From contig AP024665.1 of assembly GCA_024346625.1 (NCBI GenBank), positions 1,054,001-1,118,000 of the forward strand: 64,000 nucleotides of DNA, written 5' to 3'. Made by a program: the position numbers and the translations under genes. Below, one piece after another: positions 35,951 through 47,086 of this stretch (positions are counted from its first letter, which is position 1; each line of letters opens with the position of its first letter). The stretch is from Williopsis jadinii. Its lineage: Eukaryota. Under the pieces are notes generated by a model that saw only the letters and a list, made by a program, of their open reading frames with translations, was not told where the DNA came from and ran no database searches.

Positions 35951-38900
35951 ATGAAGTTACAGGATAGGGTCAACAACTACTTTGACCCTCCAAGGAAGTT
36001 GGTTCCGAGAACCGTTTTGTTCAACTATGAGTCACTACCGGCTGACTTTGTCGATGCAAAGACAGGAAGGCCTATTGCCGATTATGATAAGAACGATATC
36101 AGAACTTCAAAATATACCCCGTTTTCCTTCATACCGAAAAACCTGTTCTATCAGTTCCAAAACGTTGCTAATGTCTATTTCTTGACTCTTATCATTCTTG
36201 GAGCCTTCCAGATCTTTGGTGTTCAAAACCCAGGGTTGGCTGCTGTGCCGCTGGTTGTGATTATAGTTCTTACTGCCATCAAGGATGGGTTTGAGGATTC
36301 GAGAAGAACAATATCGGATCTTGAAGTGAATAACAACCCTGTAACGATTCTTTCAGGTATACCAAACGTCAATGTCGATGGTGAGAACTTATCTTTCAAA
36401 CAGAAGTTTGACGAATTCAACTCGACTCTGTTTATCAAGATTGTTAAATTCTTTGGTAGATTGTTTAGCAAGAAACAAGCTGCAAAGCAAAGAGAAGAAG
36501 CATTGGAGAAACTGGCTGAAGCAAGAACGTCCTTTGATACCCTCGCCACTGACATTAGAAGTGTGAATGATAGCGTAGATCTGACGACTACAAATACAAA
36601 CATTCCTATGAATTTGCAGGAGATCACCACTAGAGCTTCAAAGTCCGCACAACAAAAGGCTACAAAACGTACTAAGTTTGCTAAACGTTCTTGGAAGGAT
36701 ATCAAAGTTGGTGATGTTATTAGAATTCGTAACAACGAATCTGCCCCTGCTGATCTCATCATCTTATCCACTTCGGAGGAAGAGAGTAAGTGCTTTGTGG
36801 AGACAAAGAACTTGGATGGTGAGACAAACTTGAAAGCTCGCCAGGGCTTGAAGCATACAAGCACCATTCGTAAATCCGCAGACCTCCTCGAATATAAGTT
36901 TGAAGTCAGATCTGAGGCACCTAGTGTTGATATGTACAAATACAGCGGTTCTTTGAACTGGGAAGAGGAGGACGGAGAACATGAAGAGCCTATCAATATT
37001 GAAAACCTGATCTTGAGAGGCTCTAATTTGAAAAACACAAGATGGGCAATTGGCCTGGTGTTGTTTACTGGTCATGAAAGTAAGATCATGTTGAACGCTG
37101 GTATCACTCCTTCCAAACGTTCTAGAATCTCTAAAGAGTTGAACTTGTCTGTTTTCATCAACTTTGCCTTTCTATTCATTCTTTGTTTGGTCTCGGGTAT
37201 TGTTAACGGATTCTTTTATGCAAAGGACGACACATCATTTACCTATTTCGAGTATGATGCTTATGGATCTACGCCAGCTATCAATGGTATCATTTCATTC
37301 TTTGTTGCTATGATCTTGTATCAGGCCCTTGTCCCGATTTCCCTGTACATCTCTGTGGAAATCGTTAAAACTGCACAGGCTTTTTTCATTTACTCTGATG
37401 TTGAGATGTATTATGAACCATTGGATTACCCATGCACTCCAAAATCATGGAATATATCTGACGATCTTGGTCAAGTTGAGTACATCTTTAGTGACAAGAC
37501 TGGTACATTGACTCAGAACATTATGGAATTCAAAAAAGCAACTGTGAATGGTAAGAGTTATGGTTTAGCTTATACTGAGGCACAGATTGGTATGGATAAA
37601 AGAAAAGGTGTGGATATTTCGGCTTCTACTGAGAAATGGAGAACTGCCATCGCTGCTGATAAGGAAGAGATGTGTAAAGAATTGGTTGCTCTTCCGCCAA
37701 ATAGTCAGTTTGATCCCGATCAGCTTACTTTTATCTCTAGTGAATTTGTGAAAGACTTGAAAAATGGCGACCTCCAAGCCGAAGCCAACGACAGATTCAT
37801 GTTATATCTGTCTCTCTGTCATACTGTGCTCACTGAGCCAGATCCAGATGACACTTCAAGGCTTCTTTTCAAAGCTGAGTCTCCAGACGAAGCTGCTTTG
37901 GTTCAAGCTGCGAGTGATGTTGGTTATACATTTACCAAGAGAACCAGAAATGGTGGTGTTGTACGTATCCAAGGCAAGGAACTGGAATTTGAAATCATGG
38001 CAATGCTCGAGTTTAATTCCACAAGAAAAAGAATGAGTATTATTGGAAAGGCCAATGGCAAGATTATGTTGATCACTAAAGGAGCAGATTCGGTTATCTT
38101 TGCAAGATTGGATCCAAAACTGAACAACCAGGATATGCTTCGCCAAACTGCAAGTTACCTTGAAGAATACGCAAGCGAAGGCTTGAGAACTTTATGTATT
38201 GCAGGACGTGAACTCACTCAAGAGGAATTTGAGACTTGGAAAGCTGAGTATGATTCTGCTGCCGCTTCCCTAGAACATAGAGATGAGAAGATGGAAGCTG
38301 TTGCCAATAAAGTTGAGTCAAATTTGATACTATATGGTGGCACTGCTATTGAAGATCGACTTCAAATCGGTGTTCCAGAATCTATCGAGAGCTTAGGTAA
38401 AGCTGGAATCAAACTTTGGGTCTTAACTGGTGATAAGATTGAAACTGCCATCAACATTGGGTTCTCTTGTAACCTTCTTGGTAACAATATGGAGCTGTTG
38501 ATTCTTCGTGAGAATGAGGATGAACATGATATGCAGGGAAGTATAGAAAATTCACTGAAACAATACCTCTCCAAGTTCTCACTCACTGGTTCTAAAGAAG
38601 AGCTTCATCAGGCCAAGAAGGATCATTCTATCCCAACATCTGAAACTGCTGTTATAGTTGATGGTGGTGCACTCACTACGATCTTTGAGCACGAGGACCT
38701 CGAGCGTATGTTTCTGTTGTTGTGTAAGCAGTGTAAAGCTGTGCTCTGTTGTCGTGTTTCGCCAGCCCAGAAGGCCAAAGTGGTCAAACTGGTTCGTGAT
38801 TCTTTGGATGTCATGACTCTTGCCATTGGTGATGGTGCCAACGACGTTGCGATGATTCAAACTGCTAACGTTGGTGTCGGTATTGTTGGTGAGGAAGGTC

Positions 38901-39892
38901 GCCAAGCTGCTATGTCTGCAGACTATGCATTTGGTCAATTTAGATTCTTGACAAGGCTGGTGTTGGTCCATGGAAGATGGGATTACAAACGACTCTCTGA
39001 AACCATCCCTGTGTTTTTCTACAAGAATGTCGTCTTCACGTTGACTCTGTTCTGGTACGGTATCTTCAACAACTTTGATGGAAGTTATCTTATGGAGTAT
39101 ACCCTAATTATGTTCTACAACTTGGCCTTTACCTCCCTTCCGATCATCTTCTTGGGTATCTTTGACCAAGACGTCGAAGCAGATGTTGCCCTCAAAGTGC
39201 CACAGTTGTACAAGAGTGGTATATTGAGGCAAGAGTGGAACCAATGGAAATTCATGTGGTATATGTTTGATGGGTTGTACCAGTCTGCCGTCTCTTTCTT
39301 CTTCCCTATTCTGATCTTTACTGGAGGAATCCTGGCCACGTATAACGGATTAGGAATCGACCATAGATTCTGGATAGGTAACATGGTGTTGATCATCAGT
39401 GTTACCGCGTGTGACCTATACACGATCTTGAGACAGTACAGATGGGACTGGCTGACTCTTTTGGTTGACACCATCTCCGTTCTTCTTGTTTTCTTCTGGA
39501 TTGGCGTGTATTCCTCTTCGACATACTCTGGAGAGTTCTACAAATCCGGGGCCCAGGTGTTCGGATCGTTATGCTTCTGGGTTGTTTACCTAGCTGGTGT
39601 ATTGGCATGTCTGATACCGAGATTCGTCTTCAACACCGTGATGATCTGCTTCTTCCCACGAGACATTGACATCATTAGAGAGTGTGTCGCCCGCGGAGAC
39701 TTCACAAACGACAACACCTTCCCCCTTGACGACGAGGAAAAGGCTCTTGATGGCGCAAGCAGTGGCACCGGCTCCTACAACATCAACGCCAGACACTCCC
39801 TCGAGAAGGTTGTTACCCCAAGTAACCTACCAGAGCTTTCCACCGTGCAATCATTGGTTCGCACATTCACCCAGGCTAGTACAAATATTTAG
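35951..39892 (+). CDS. P4-ATPase phospholipid flippase (Dnf1/Dnf2-like), 1313 aa
   Basis: ETKNLDGETNLK, FSDKTGTLT, ESPDEAAL, EFNSTRKRMS, WVLTGDK and AIGDGANDV motifs; GA-type TM1 (LGAFQIFG) like Dnf1/2. Confidence 0.95.
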   Translation: MKLQDRVNNYFDPPRKLVPRTVLFNYESLPADFVDAKTGRPIADYDKNDIRTSKYTPFSFIPKNLFYQFQNVANVYFLTLIILGAFQIFGVQNPGLAAVPLVVIIVLTAIKDGFEDSRRTISDLEVNNNPVTILSGIPNVNVDGENLSFKQKFDEFNSTLFIKIVKFFGRLFSKKQAAKQREEALEKLAEARTSFDTLATDIRSVNDSVDLTTTNTNIPMNLQEITTRASKSAQQKATKRTKFAKRSWKDIKVGDVIRIRNNESAPADLIILSTSEEESKCFVETKNLDGETNLKARQGLKHTSTIRKSADLLEYKFEVRSEAPSVDMYKYSGSLNWEEEDGEHEEPINIENLILRGSNLKNTRWAIGLVLFTGHESKIMLNAGITPSKRSRISKELNLSVFINFAFLFILCLVSGIVNGFFYAKDDTSFTYFEYDAYGSTPAINGIISFFVAMILYQALVPISLYISVEIVKTAQAFFIYSDVEMYYEPLDYPCTPKSWNISDDLGQVEYIFSDKTGTLTQNIMEFKKATVNGKSYGLAYTEAQIGMDKRKGVDISASTEKWRTAIAADKEEMCKELVALPPNSQFDPDQLTFISSEFVKDLKNGDLQAEANDRFMLYLSLCHTVLTEPDPDDTSRLLFKAESPDEAALVQAASDVGYTFTKRTRNGGVVRIQGKELEFEIMAMLEFNSTRKRMSIIGKANGKIMLITKGADSVIFARLDPKLNNQDMLRQTASYLEEYASEGLRTLCIAGRELTQEEFETWKAEYDSAAASLEHRDEKMEAVANKVESNLILYGGTAIEDRLQIGVPESIESLGKAGIKLWVLTGDKIETAINIGFSCNLLGNNMELLILRENEDEHDMQGSIENSLKQYLSKFSLTGSKEELHQAKKDHSIPTSETAVIVDGGALTTIFEHEDLERMFLLLCKQCKAVLCCRVSPAQKAKVVKLVRDSLDVMTLAIGDGANDVAMIQTANVGVGIVGEEGRQAAMSADYAFGQFRFLTRLVLVHGRWDYKRLSETIPVFFYKNVVFTLTLFWYGIFNNFDGSYLMEYTLIMFYNLAFTSLPIIFLGIFDQDVEADVALKVPQLYKSGILRQEWNQWKFMWYMFDGLYQSAVSFFFPILIFTGGILATYNGLGIDHRFWIGNMVLIISVTACDLYTILRQYRWDWLTLLVDTISVLLVFFWIGVYSSSTYSGEFYKSGAQVFGSLCFWVVYLAGVLACLIPRFVFNTVMICFFPRDIDIIRECVARGDFTNDNTFPLDDEEKALDGASSGTGSYNINARHSLEKVVTPSNLPELSTVQSLVRTFTQASTNI

Positions 39893-40171
39893 AGTATCAT
39901 GTTGTTAGTTGTTCTTTCTTATCAGAGCTCAATTGGTGTAGCTCTCGTATCCACACCACCATCATTGCCGTAGTAGCCTGCTACACCTCCCTCTGCCGTG
40001 TTGGTGGGCTCGATAATTCGGGTGTCAAGCCTCGGTTTTCACGCCCTTTTATGGACACCGAGAGCGTTTCCTAACGTCTCAGCACACAAACACCGATCAA
40101 CACACGTTTACGACACACAAAGCACCCATACACCACCTCAAGGGCCCGTCAATTCCGCACGCTGCTACGCC

Positions 40172-41146
40172 ATGAAGCTCCTGACCGTTGTCCTAGTGCT
40201 CTACGCCGGTTTCTGCCTGGCAATCACCAACGAAAGGCTGTTGAAGCTTCAAGAGAGGAGTGGTGGCTCGTTCATCAAGCTGACAAAGTCCAACTTCAAC
40301 GAGGTGCTGGCTGGCCCACGTAACGCCACGATCATCACCTTACTCACTGCGACGAACCCCGAGATTGGATGCTCCACGTGCCAGAACATCGCGCCGGCGT
40401 TCGAGCAATTGGTTGACTCGTGGAGCCTGGACCACCCGGATGGTGATGGGCTGTTCTTTGCCAGGGCCGACTTAGCGGAGGGCCATCCTGATATCTTCCA
40501 GGCGCTTCGTCTGAACAACGTCCCCAAGCTCTACGTGTACGGCCCGACTAACGACAGCACTCCACTCACGGAAGGTTTCGAGGTCTGGAACGTCCCGCAG
40601 AGTATAGACTTTGTCGACCATGTCGTTGCAACGATTGCTGAAAAGCTTGGGAAGAGGGTTGACCTTCATCAGCCGGTTCAGTGGGGCTCAATTGCCATCA
40701 CCGTGGGCTCTGTGATGCTGTTCCTGTGGCTCTTGCAGAACTACTCAAGATACTTCATTCTGCTGATCACCAGCAAGACGTTGTGGGGTGGCTTCGCAGT
40801 GTTTTTGATCCTGATCTTCACTACTGGCTACATGTTCAACAATATCAGAGGTATGCCATTCATTATGCAAGACGATAAAGGTCTACCAAAATACTTTGTC
40901 CAAGGTCAACAGCAGCAATTGGGTATCGAGACACAGGTGATCAGCGCAATCTATGGTATGCTGGCGCTGTCCGTGGTGTTCTTAGTGATCAAGGCCCCAG
41001 GCCTTGCGGACGCCAGAGTACGCTTCGGAATCGTCCTCTATCTCTTGGGCCTGAACATCGTCTTGTTCAGTGTCTTCCTCTCGATCTTCCAATTCAAATC
41101 GTCTGGTTACCCATTCCACTTGTTGAACATCTGGTCCCCAAAATAA
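40172..41146 (+). CDS. OST3: Oligosaccharyltransferase Ost3/Ost6-family subunit
   Basis: Signal peptide from ATG 40172, thioredoxin-like CSTC, GYMFNNIRG.PF, Q.Q.GIETQ, KSSGYPF; 4 TMs. Confidence 0.88.
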   Translation: MKLLTVVLVLYAGFCLAITNERLLKLQERSGGSFIKLTKSNFNEVLAGPRNATIITLLTATNPEIGCSTCQNIAPAFEQLVDSWSLDHPDGDGLFFARADLAEGHPDIFQALRLNNVPKLYVYGPTNDSTPLTEGFEVWNVPQSIDFVDHVVATIAEKLGKRVDLHQPVQWGSIAITVGSVMLFLWLLQNYSRYFILLITSKTLWGGFAVFLILIFTTGYMFNNIRGMPFIMQDDKGLPKYFVQGQQQQLGIETQVISAIYGMLALSVVFLVIKAPGLADARVRFGIVLYLLGLNIVLFSVFLSIFQFKSSGYPFHLLNIWSPK

Positions 41147-41198
41147 TAGACGTCCATCAGCACGCGTATAGGATAGTATAGTATGCAATATTGACTGT

Positions 41199-41513
41199 TC
41201 ATGTCACCATCTGTCTCTTAACCCTGGCCTCGATCACGTCCAGCCTGTCCAGTAACACCATGAGCCTCTTCTTCACTAGCGATAGCCTCTCCTCCATGGC
41301 CTTGACGTCTGTATCGATTTCAGCCTGTGACTGCCATCTCTTCACCTTCTCGTCGATGGCCTTGATCCTCGCTATTAGCACAACCTGTGATTCGTGCACC
41401 GTCTGCAAATGGGTGGAAAGAACCTCGAGCGAATCACCAACAACGCTTTGCACTACGAGCTCCAACGGGTGAATATCGGGTCTCTGTGCTGTTCTGAACC
41501 TGAACTCTGGCAT
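41199..41513 (-). CDS. SNN1: BLOC-1 snapin-like subunit
   Basis: IHPLEL.V.SV...L......ESQ..LI pattern matches my recollection of yeast Snn1; coiled coil, 104 aa. Confidence 0.75.
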   Translation of the reverse strand: MPEFRFRTAQRPDIHPLELVVQSVVGDSLEVLSTHLQTVHESQVVLIARIKAIDEKVKRWQSQAEIDTDVKAMEERLSLVKKRLMVLLDRLDVIEARVKRQMVT

Positions 41514-41627
41514 CTGTGTGTACCGCGTGCCTGGCTCGTTAGGGAGAAAAGAACGTGTATGAAATTTTCACAACAAAACATCAACATCAACATCAACACA
41601 TTCAAGTAAAACCACACCAGGGGGCGA

Positions 41628-41993
41628 ATGTCGAGCTTAAACGCCTATTTAAACAGTGAGTACACTGTGTGCTTATACGACTTTCCTCGTTACTAACTCT
41701 TGGGCTTTCCGTGAACAGAAAAGGTTGCTGTTCTGACGTCTGACGGGCGGTTCTTTGTCGGTGTGCTCGAAGGATATGACCATTCAACAAACCTCATACT
41801 ATCAGATACGCAGGAGAGAGTGATAGTTCCTGCCGAAGAAGGTGAGAGTATAATCGACGAGCTGGGGCTGTTTGTCATACGCGGTGATTTGGTGGTGTGT
41901 GTAGGGGAAATTGACGAAGCTTTGGACAAGAGCATCGACTGGACAAGAGTACACGGGTCAACGATACAGAAGACAAAGAAGTCTATAAGGTGA
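41628..41993 (+). CDS. LSM8: U6 snRNP Lsm8, 2 exons (41628-41655, 41719-41993), 100 aa
   Basis: Intron GTGAGT...TACTAAC...CAG. Spliced product MSSLNAYLNKKVAVLTSDGRFFVGVLEGYDHSTNLILS...GLFVIRGDLVVCVGEIDE has Sm1 and Sm2 motifs. Confidence 0.93.
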
Positions 41994-42053
41994 GGCTACA
42001 ACGATCACAGCAAGTATGTTAATAATAGATTTAATAATGGAGAATATTATCAC

Positions 42054-42587
42054 TTAATGGCACGCCATAGTGTCTCTTGGCTCGCCGTGGAAGATGTGAT
42101 GTCCAAGCGTGGCACCGACAACAACGGCCAGCATGACCCATGCGTTGTAGCTCATGAAGATCAACATGATGATGTAGCTGTAGCCGACAACAAGGCCATA
42201 TCCAACGGACTTGGTCCAGCCATTCCCTTGAATGTTGGTGTTAGTATCTTCAATTCCCTCGTCACTGATAGCAATCCCCCTCTCCTCTGTGGAATGATTG
42301 GTTTGGCTAGTGTTAGTGGGTCATGAACTTTCTCGCAATATGGGATAAACACGGTACTCACCTCTTTGCTTCTTTGTCACCTTGGCACGGAGGGCTTCGA
42401 AGCCAACACAGAGAACAACAACGAGCAGTAGGGATACAATGAACTGCAGAAGCGTCTTGATGTGCCATGACGACGATAGCAGGCATAGGTTGTGATAATC
42501 CCACGATAGAAGCATGTTCATCGAGCACATATCGTCCATCGGCATATCGTGGTCCATCTGTGAGTGGTCCATCATCGAGTGATCCAT
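42054..42587 (-). CDS. CTR2: Ctr2-type copper transporter, 2 exons (42587-42362, then 42286- or 42226-42054), 152 or 132 aa
   Basis: Met/His-rich N-terminus, MCSMNML, MLIFMSYN (MxxxM), GxxxG, C-terminal MACH. 5' splice site GTGAGT at 42361. Confidence 0.9.
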
Positions 42588-43771
42588 GATTGTAATCTGA
42601 TCCGTGCTATCTTCACGCTGTTAATACTCGGTATCCTTCAACGAACACAAGACATCGCACCCCAATCTCATCGAACATCGATGCCACGGTCTCTTTATAA
42701 ACATGGGCCCAGCTCCGGGCTTTGAGAGAATACGTACGACGTGCTTAATCGATGTACTTTCCGGGCCAAAACCTCCGCTTGAAAGTGCTCAGGTTGTTGA
42801 GTAAGTGGTGGTTTGATTGACATTAATTGGTATCAGAAGCCACACCCGCATCTGATGAGCCCCGGTATGTGTGTTGCCGTGGTAACTGTGGTAACCCTAT
42901 GGTTTGCGCCGCATTTTTGCTCGTTTTTGCGATAATAATTATACTTATATAATGGTGATTATATAATTATTTTTGATTATGGTGCTTGATGTAATGCGAG
43001 TTGTAAACAGATAAATCTTGGGATAAAGTCTCAGCTGTGGTTTCCAGGTTAACATTATCACGAGATTGATGGTGTATCATTAAAAGCAGACCTTTTTTAC
43101 ATCGTGTGAATTTGTTGCTTTCTTGATACTAATATCTATGACGAAAAGACAGCCCGTCCATCTAATGAATCATAACATCAAAACTTTATAAATGACACCA
43201 ATCAGCGTCGCTCACATGAATGTTCTATTTCTGCCGGATATTACAACAAGCTTGTGCTCTCAAACGATGCTTTCCCCTGTAAATTAACAATTATAAGAGT
43301 AATTTGATATTGGAAAAGACCACCAGAGAGTTACATCCGGACATCACACGGTACGGATACATAGACACGTATATAAAACATCCAAACACCAGGGGAAGAA
43401 GCTCATCGACTCTCGGCCGTCTTCACAGGTTGCAACAGGGCATATTCAACAATCATCACAGTCACACTGGAGGAAGGGGTGCTGATACCCGTACAACAGT
43501 GCTGGTAAGTGCTTCAAGCAGACTGTGCGCACGTGCTGTTTATCGTTCGTGAGGTTCCGTTTCTAACAGGGTGTGTAGACCCATAGAGACGTAAATCAGC
43601 GCACTAGTCTGTTCACAACCATTGGTGAGCCAGATGAGCTTGCGCTCTGGAATGTCAGAGCCCCATATACAGCTAGGCTTGAACCTCATTTGAACAGCAC
43701 TGATATGACACTCTTCACTGCGATCACCTGCACATGTTCTCTTGACTATGTTGCCAATGTGTTTTGCATGT

Positions 43772-43863
43772 TGTCGATTGAAGTCCATATTGGGAAAGTT
43801 TTCCACACTTTCGATCAGTTGCTTATGTATGTAATTGATACCTCTTTGGGATATCAATGATAG
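43772..43863. promoter_or_regulatory. Two alpha-specific Mcm1/alpha1 (PQ-type) sites upstream of MF-alpha
   Basis: Plus strand CCTCTTTGGG-ATA-TCAATGATAG (43841-43863). Minus strand TTT-CCCAATATGG-ACT-TCAATCGACA (43797-43772). Both have a CArG-like core, 3 nt, then a TCAAT Q-box. TATAAAA at 43963. Confidence 0.7.
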
Positions 43864-44071
43864 AAATATCAAACTCTGACACAATAAGACTTACTGCTGG
43901 TGGATCAAGAGAATATCAGGTAAGTGTCAGAAGTTGTGAGGTGTTTGTTTGAAGGTTATGGATATAAAACCAACGGTGTCTCTCCAACTTTACTCATAAG
44001 CATCAGAGGCTTTGATCCATCAATCAAACCAAACATTCACCGATACAGGTAACACTTTCAATTCAATAAAT

Positions 44072-44632
44072 ATGAGATTCTCCACTGCTTTCCTTGCTGC
44101 TGTTCTCTTGACCTTTTCTAACAGGGTCTCTGCAGACGTTTCTACCGAAACTGAAACTGAAGGTTCTGCTGCTGACGTTGAGTTCCCATTCTCTGACGAT
44201 GCCATCATTGAGGCTGTTGCCCTTGCTGATGACATTGCTCCAATCGTTTTGAACGATGCTGTCTTCTTCGTCAACACCACGATTGCTGATGCTGAGTTGG
44301 AGGCCTCTGGCTTGTCTAAGCGTGAAGCTGATGCTTGGAGATGGAGATACTATGCCCTTGGCCAGCCAATTGCTAAGAGAGAGGCAGAAGCTGACGCTGA
44401 TGCTGAAGCCGATGCTTGGAGATGGAGATACTATGCCCTTGGCCAGCCAATTGCTAAGAGAGAGGCGGAAGCTGACGCTGATGCTGAAGCCGGTGCTGAT
44501 GCTGATGCCTGGAGATGGAGACGTTACGCTCTTGGCCAACCAATTGCTAAGAGGGAGGCCGAGGCCGATGCTGACGCTGAAGCCGATGCTTGGAGATGGA
44601 GATACTATGCCCTTGGCCAACCAATTGCTTAA
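44072..44632 (+). CDS. MFalpha1: Alpha-factor mating pheromone precursor, 186 aa, 4 peptide copies
   Basis: Signal peptide MRFSTAFLAAVLL, pro region with the N-glycosylation site FVNTTIA, KR Kex2 sites, X-Ala Ste13 spacers. 13-mers WRWRYYALGQPIA x3 and WRWRRYALGQPIA x1. Confidence 0.96.
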   Translation: MRFSTAFLAAVLLTFSNRVSADVSTETETEGSAADVEFPFSDDAIIEAVALADDIAPIVLNDAVFFVNTTIADAELEASGLSKREADAWRWRYYALGQPIAKREAEADADAEADAWRWRYYALGQPIAKREAEADADAEAGADADAWRWRRYALGQPIAKREAEADADAEADAWRWRYYALGQPIA

Positions 44633-44810
44633 CTGTCCAACAAATCAACTCTTATAACCCACTACGTTGCACCTTTCTCTTTTCCGTACGCAGATATCAG
44701 GCCTATTCTCTCGGGGTGACTCTTGATCTTATCTTTTACTACTTCTATATCGACGACTTAAATTACTATTATATTGGACTGTGAACGCAATTAGTAGTTC
44801 CCTGCAATGT

Positions 44811-45557
44811 TCAGTTGTATATCTTTGCATCCACATAGTGCTTCTCTTCACCAATTCCAATATGTGGTGGAATTCCAAAGCCTTTCATCTTAACAGCCAA
44901 CTCCAAGAGATAATCAATGGCTTCGTTATACACCTTCGCCTTCCACACGGTCTCACCCCAGACGTAGATACCATGTCTTCTAACAAGAACTGCCGTTGTT
45001 CCAGGATACTCCTTGATTGCACGCTGAAGGGCATCTGTCAGGTCCTCCTCATGTGCAGTGTTCTCAATGATAGGAATCACCAACGTATCAAAGAATCCCA
45101 AATAGCCAGCCTCCACAACCTTTGGAATCGCCTTGATCTGTTCAATGTTGGCAATTCTGAACTCCTTCTCGTACAACAACGTGCACATCACAGCAGCTTG
45201 TGAGTGTGTGTGGATACACGCCCCTGCACCTCTCAGATCATAGGCACTCATAAACAACGGAGTACAAGCCGAGGGCTTGTACACCTCAGGACGTCTGGCG
45301 TATTCCTTGGTCTCATGGTCCATCACGAACATGTTTTCCGGAAGCATACGCTCCTTCTGAACTCCACTAGGGGCGATGTAGATGAGGTTGTCCTTCTTTA
45401 TGGAGATCCCTCCACCGGTGCCAGTGACCCAACCGTGGTCGTAGAACAGTCGGCACAGCTCACAGATGAGGTTGGCTGGATGAGCCGGATCATCTGATTT
45501 GACGAGAGCATCATTCTCTGAAAGCTCCTTAGCGGGATGAGAGCACTGGCATGCCAT
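44811..45557 (-). CDS. MDE1: Methylthioribulose-1-phosphate dehydratase
   Basis: [35 protein letters not shown] and [10 protein letters not shown] motifs. The likely ATG is 45557. Confidence 0.95.
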   Translation of the reverse strand: MACQCSHPAKELSENDALVKSDDPAHPANLICELCRLFYDHGWVTGTGGGISIKKDNLIYIAPSGVQKERMLPENMFVMDHETKEYARRPEVYKPSACTPLFMSAYDLRGAGACIHTHSQAAVMCTLLYEKEFRIANIEQIKAIPKVVEAGYLGFFDTLVIPIIENTAHEEDLTDALQRAIKEYPGTTAVLVRRHGIYVWGETVWKAKVYNEAIDYLLELAVKMKGFGIPPHIGIGEEKHYVDAKIYN

Positions 45558-45648
45558 TGTTGAGTGTAGACTTCCCAGCCCTTGTGCTTCTCCAGTTATG
45601 GCTGAGGGGGGGGGGAGAGAAGTGGGTTTTTCCCACCACAAGAACAAG

Positions 45649-45655
45649 TCACGTG
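45649..45655. promoter_or_regulatory. Cbf1-type E-box TCACGTG upstream of MDE1
   Basis: GTCACGTG about 90 bp upstream of a methionine-salvage gene. Confidence 0.55.
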
Positions 45656-45775
45656 GGCTCCAGCGAGCGATGATCCACGATGATGAGCAAGATGGCTCTA
45701 CAATGCTACAGCCAAGTGTCATGAAAACAACTTAAACCGTTAAAAGAAGCTATATAGGGAAAACGTTACTCATAC

Positions 45776-47086
45776 TTAGATGTTGACAGACTTTCTGAAG
45801 TTGGCACCGGCGTAGATGGCCTTGTCACCCAACGTTTGCTCGATTCTCAAGATTTGGTTCAACTTGGCCAATCTCTCAGATCTGGCTGGAGCACCGGTCT
45901 TGATTTGACCAGATCTCAAACCGACAGCCAAGTCAGCGATGAAGGTGTCCTCAGTCTCACCAGATCTGTGGGAGACCATGACACCCCAGCCGGCAGCGTA
46001 GGAGTCCAAAGCAGCCTCGATGGACTCAGAAAGGGTACCGATTTGGTTGACCTTAAGCAAAAGAGCAGAAGCAGCCTTCTTCTCGATGGCAGTCTTGATT
46101 CTTTGTGGGTTGGTGACGGTCAAATCGTCAGCAACGATTTGGATGTCAACCTTGGCAAGGAAGTGGGTCCAAGCATCCCAGTCATCCTCAGCGAATGGGT
46201 CCTCGATGGAGACAATTGGGTAGTCCTTGATCAATTGCAAGTACAAGTCAGCAAGCTCTTGACCAGTCAACCACTTGGAAGCGTCGGAGTTTGGGTTCTT
46301 GAAGTCCAAGTCGTACTTACCATCCTTGTAGAACTCGGAGGAAGCAACATCCAAAGCGATGGAGACCTTACCTTCGTAACCAGCAGACTTGATAGAATCA
46401 ACAATCAAGTCAAGGGCCTCCTTTGGAGTGGAGATATCTGGAGCAACACCACCTTCGTCACCAACGTTACCAGCAGATTGGCCGTATCTCTTCTTAGCCA
46501 AGGACTTCAAGGTGTGGTAAACCTCAGAACCAATTCTCAAAGCCTCGGAGAAGCTGTCGACACCAGTTGGGACAATCATGAACTCTTGGAAGGCAAGAGC
46601 ACCACCGGCGTGGGAACCACCGTTAAGCACGTTTTGGAATGGAACTGGCAAAACGTATGGCTTTGGAGTGTCAGCAAGGTCAGACAAGTGTTGGTACAAT
46701 GGAACACCCTTCTCAGCAGCAGCAGCGTTGGCAGCAGCAAGGGAGACACCCAAGATGGCGTTGGCACCGAGCTTGGACTTGTTTGGAGTACCGTCAAGGC
46801 TCAACAAGAGCTTGTCAACGGCCTTTTGGTCCTTCACGTCGACACCAGAGGCAACAACAGCTGGAGCAATAATGTCGTTGACGTTGGCAACGGCCTTCAA
46901 GACACCCTTACCGAGCCACTTGGACTTGTCACCGTCTCTCAGCTCAAGAGCCTCGTGCACACCGGTGGAGGCACCGGATGGAACGATGGATCTGAAAGTA
47001 CCCTTCTCAGTGGTGAGCTCAACCTCGACGGTTGGGTTACCACGGGAGTCGTAGACGTATCTAGCAAAGACCTTGGAAATAGCCAT
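45776..47086 (-). CDS. ENO1: Enolase
   Basis: [57 protein letters not shown]; strong codon bias. Confidence 0.99.
   Translation of the reverse strand: MAISKVFARYVYDSRGNPTVEVELTTEKGTFRSIVPSGASTGVHEALELRDGDKSKWLGKGVLKAVANVNDIIAPAVVASGVDVKDQKAVDKLLLSLDGTPNKSKLGANAILGVSLAAANAAAAEKGVPLYQHLSDLADTPKPYVLPVPFQNVLNGGSHAGGALAFQEFMIVPTGVDSFSEALRIGSEVYHTLKSLAKKRYGQSAGNVGDEGGVAPDISTPKEALDLIVDSIKSAGYEGKVSIALDVASSEFYKDGKYDLDFKNPNSDASKWLTGQELADLYLQLIKDYPIVSIEDPFAEDDWDAWTHFLAKVDIQIVADDLTVTNPQRIKTAIEKKAASALLLKVNQIGTLSESIEAALDSYAAGWGVMVSHRSGETEDTFIADLAVGLRSGQIKTGAPARSERLAKLNQILRIEQTLGDKAIYAGANFRKSVNI

Noticed and set aside
44063..44657. Repetitive alternative-frame and antisense ORFs; repeat-spacer look of the DNA
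   Set aside because: Fully explained by the MF-alpha peptide repeats. Not CRISPR: the DNA is eukaryotic and coding, with no cas genes.
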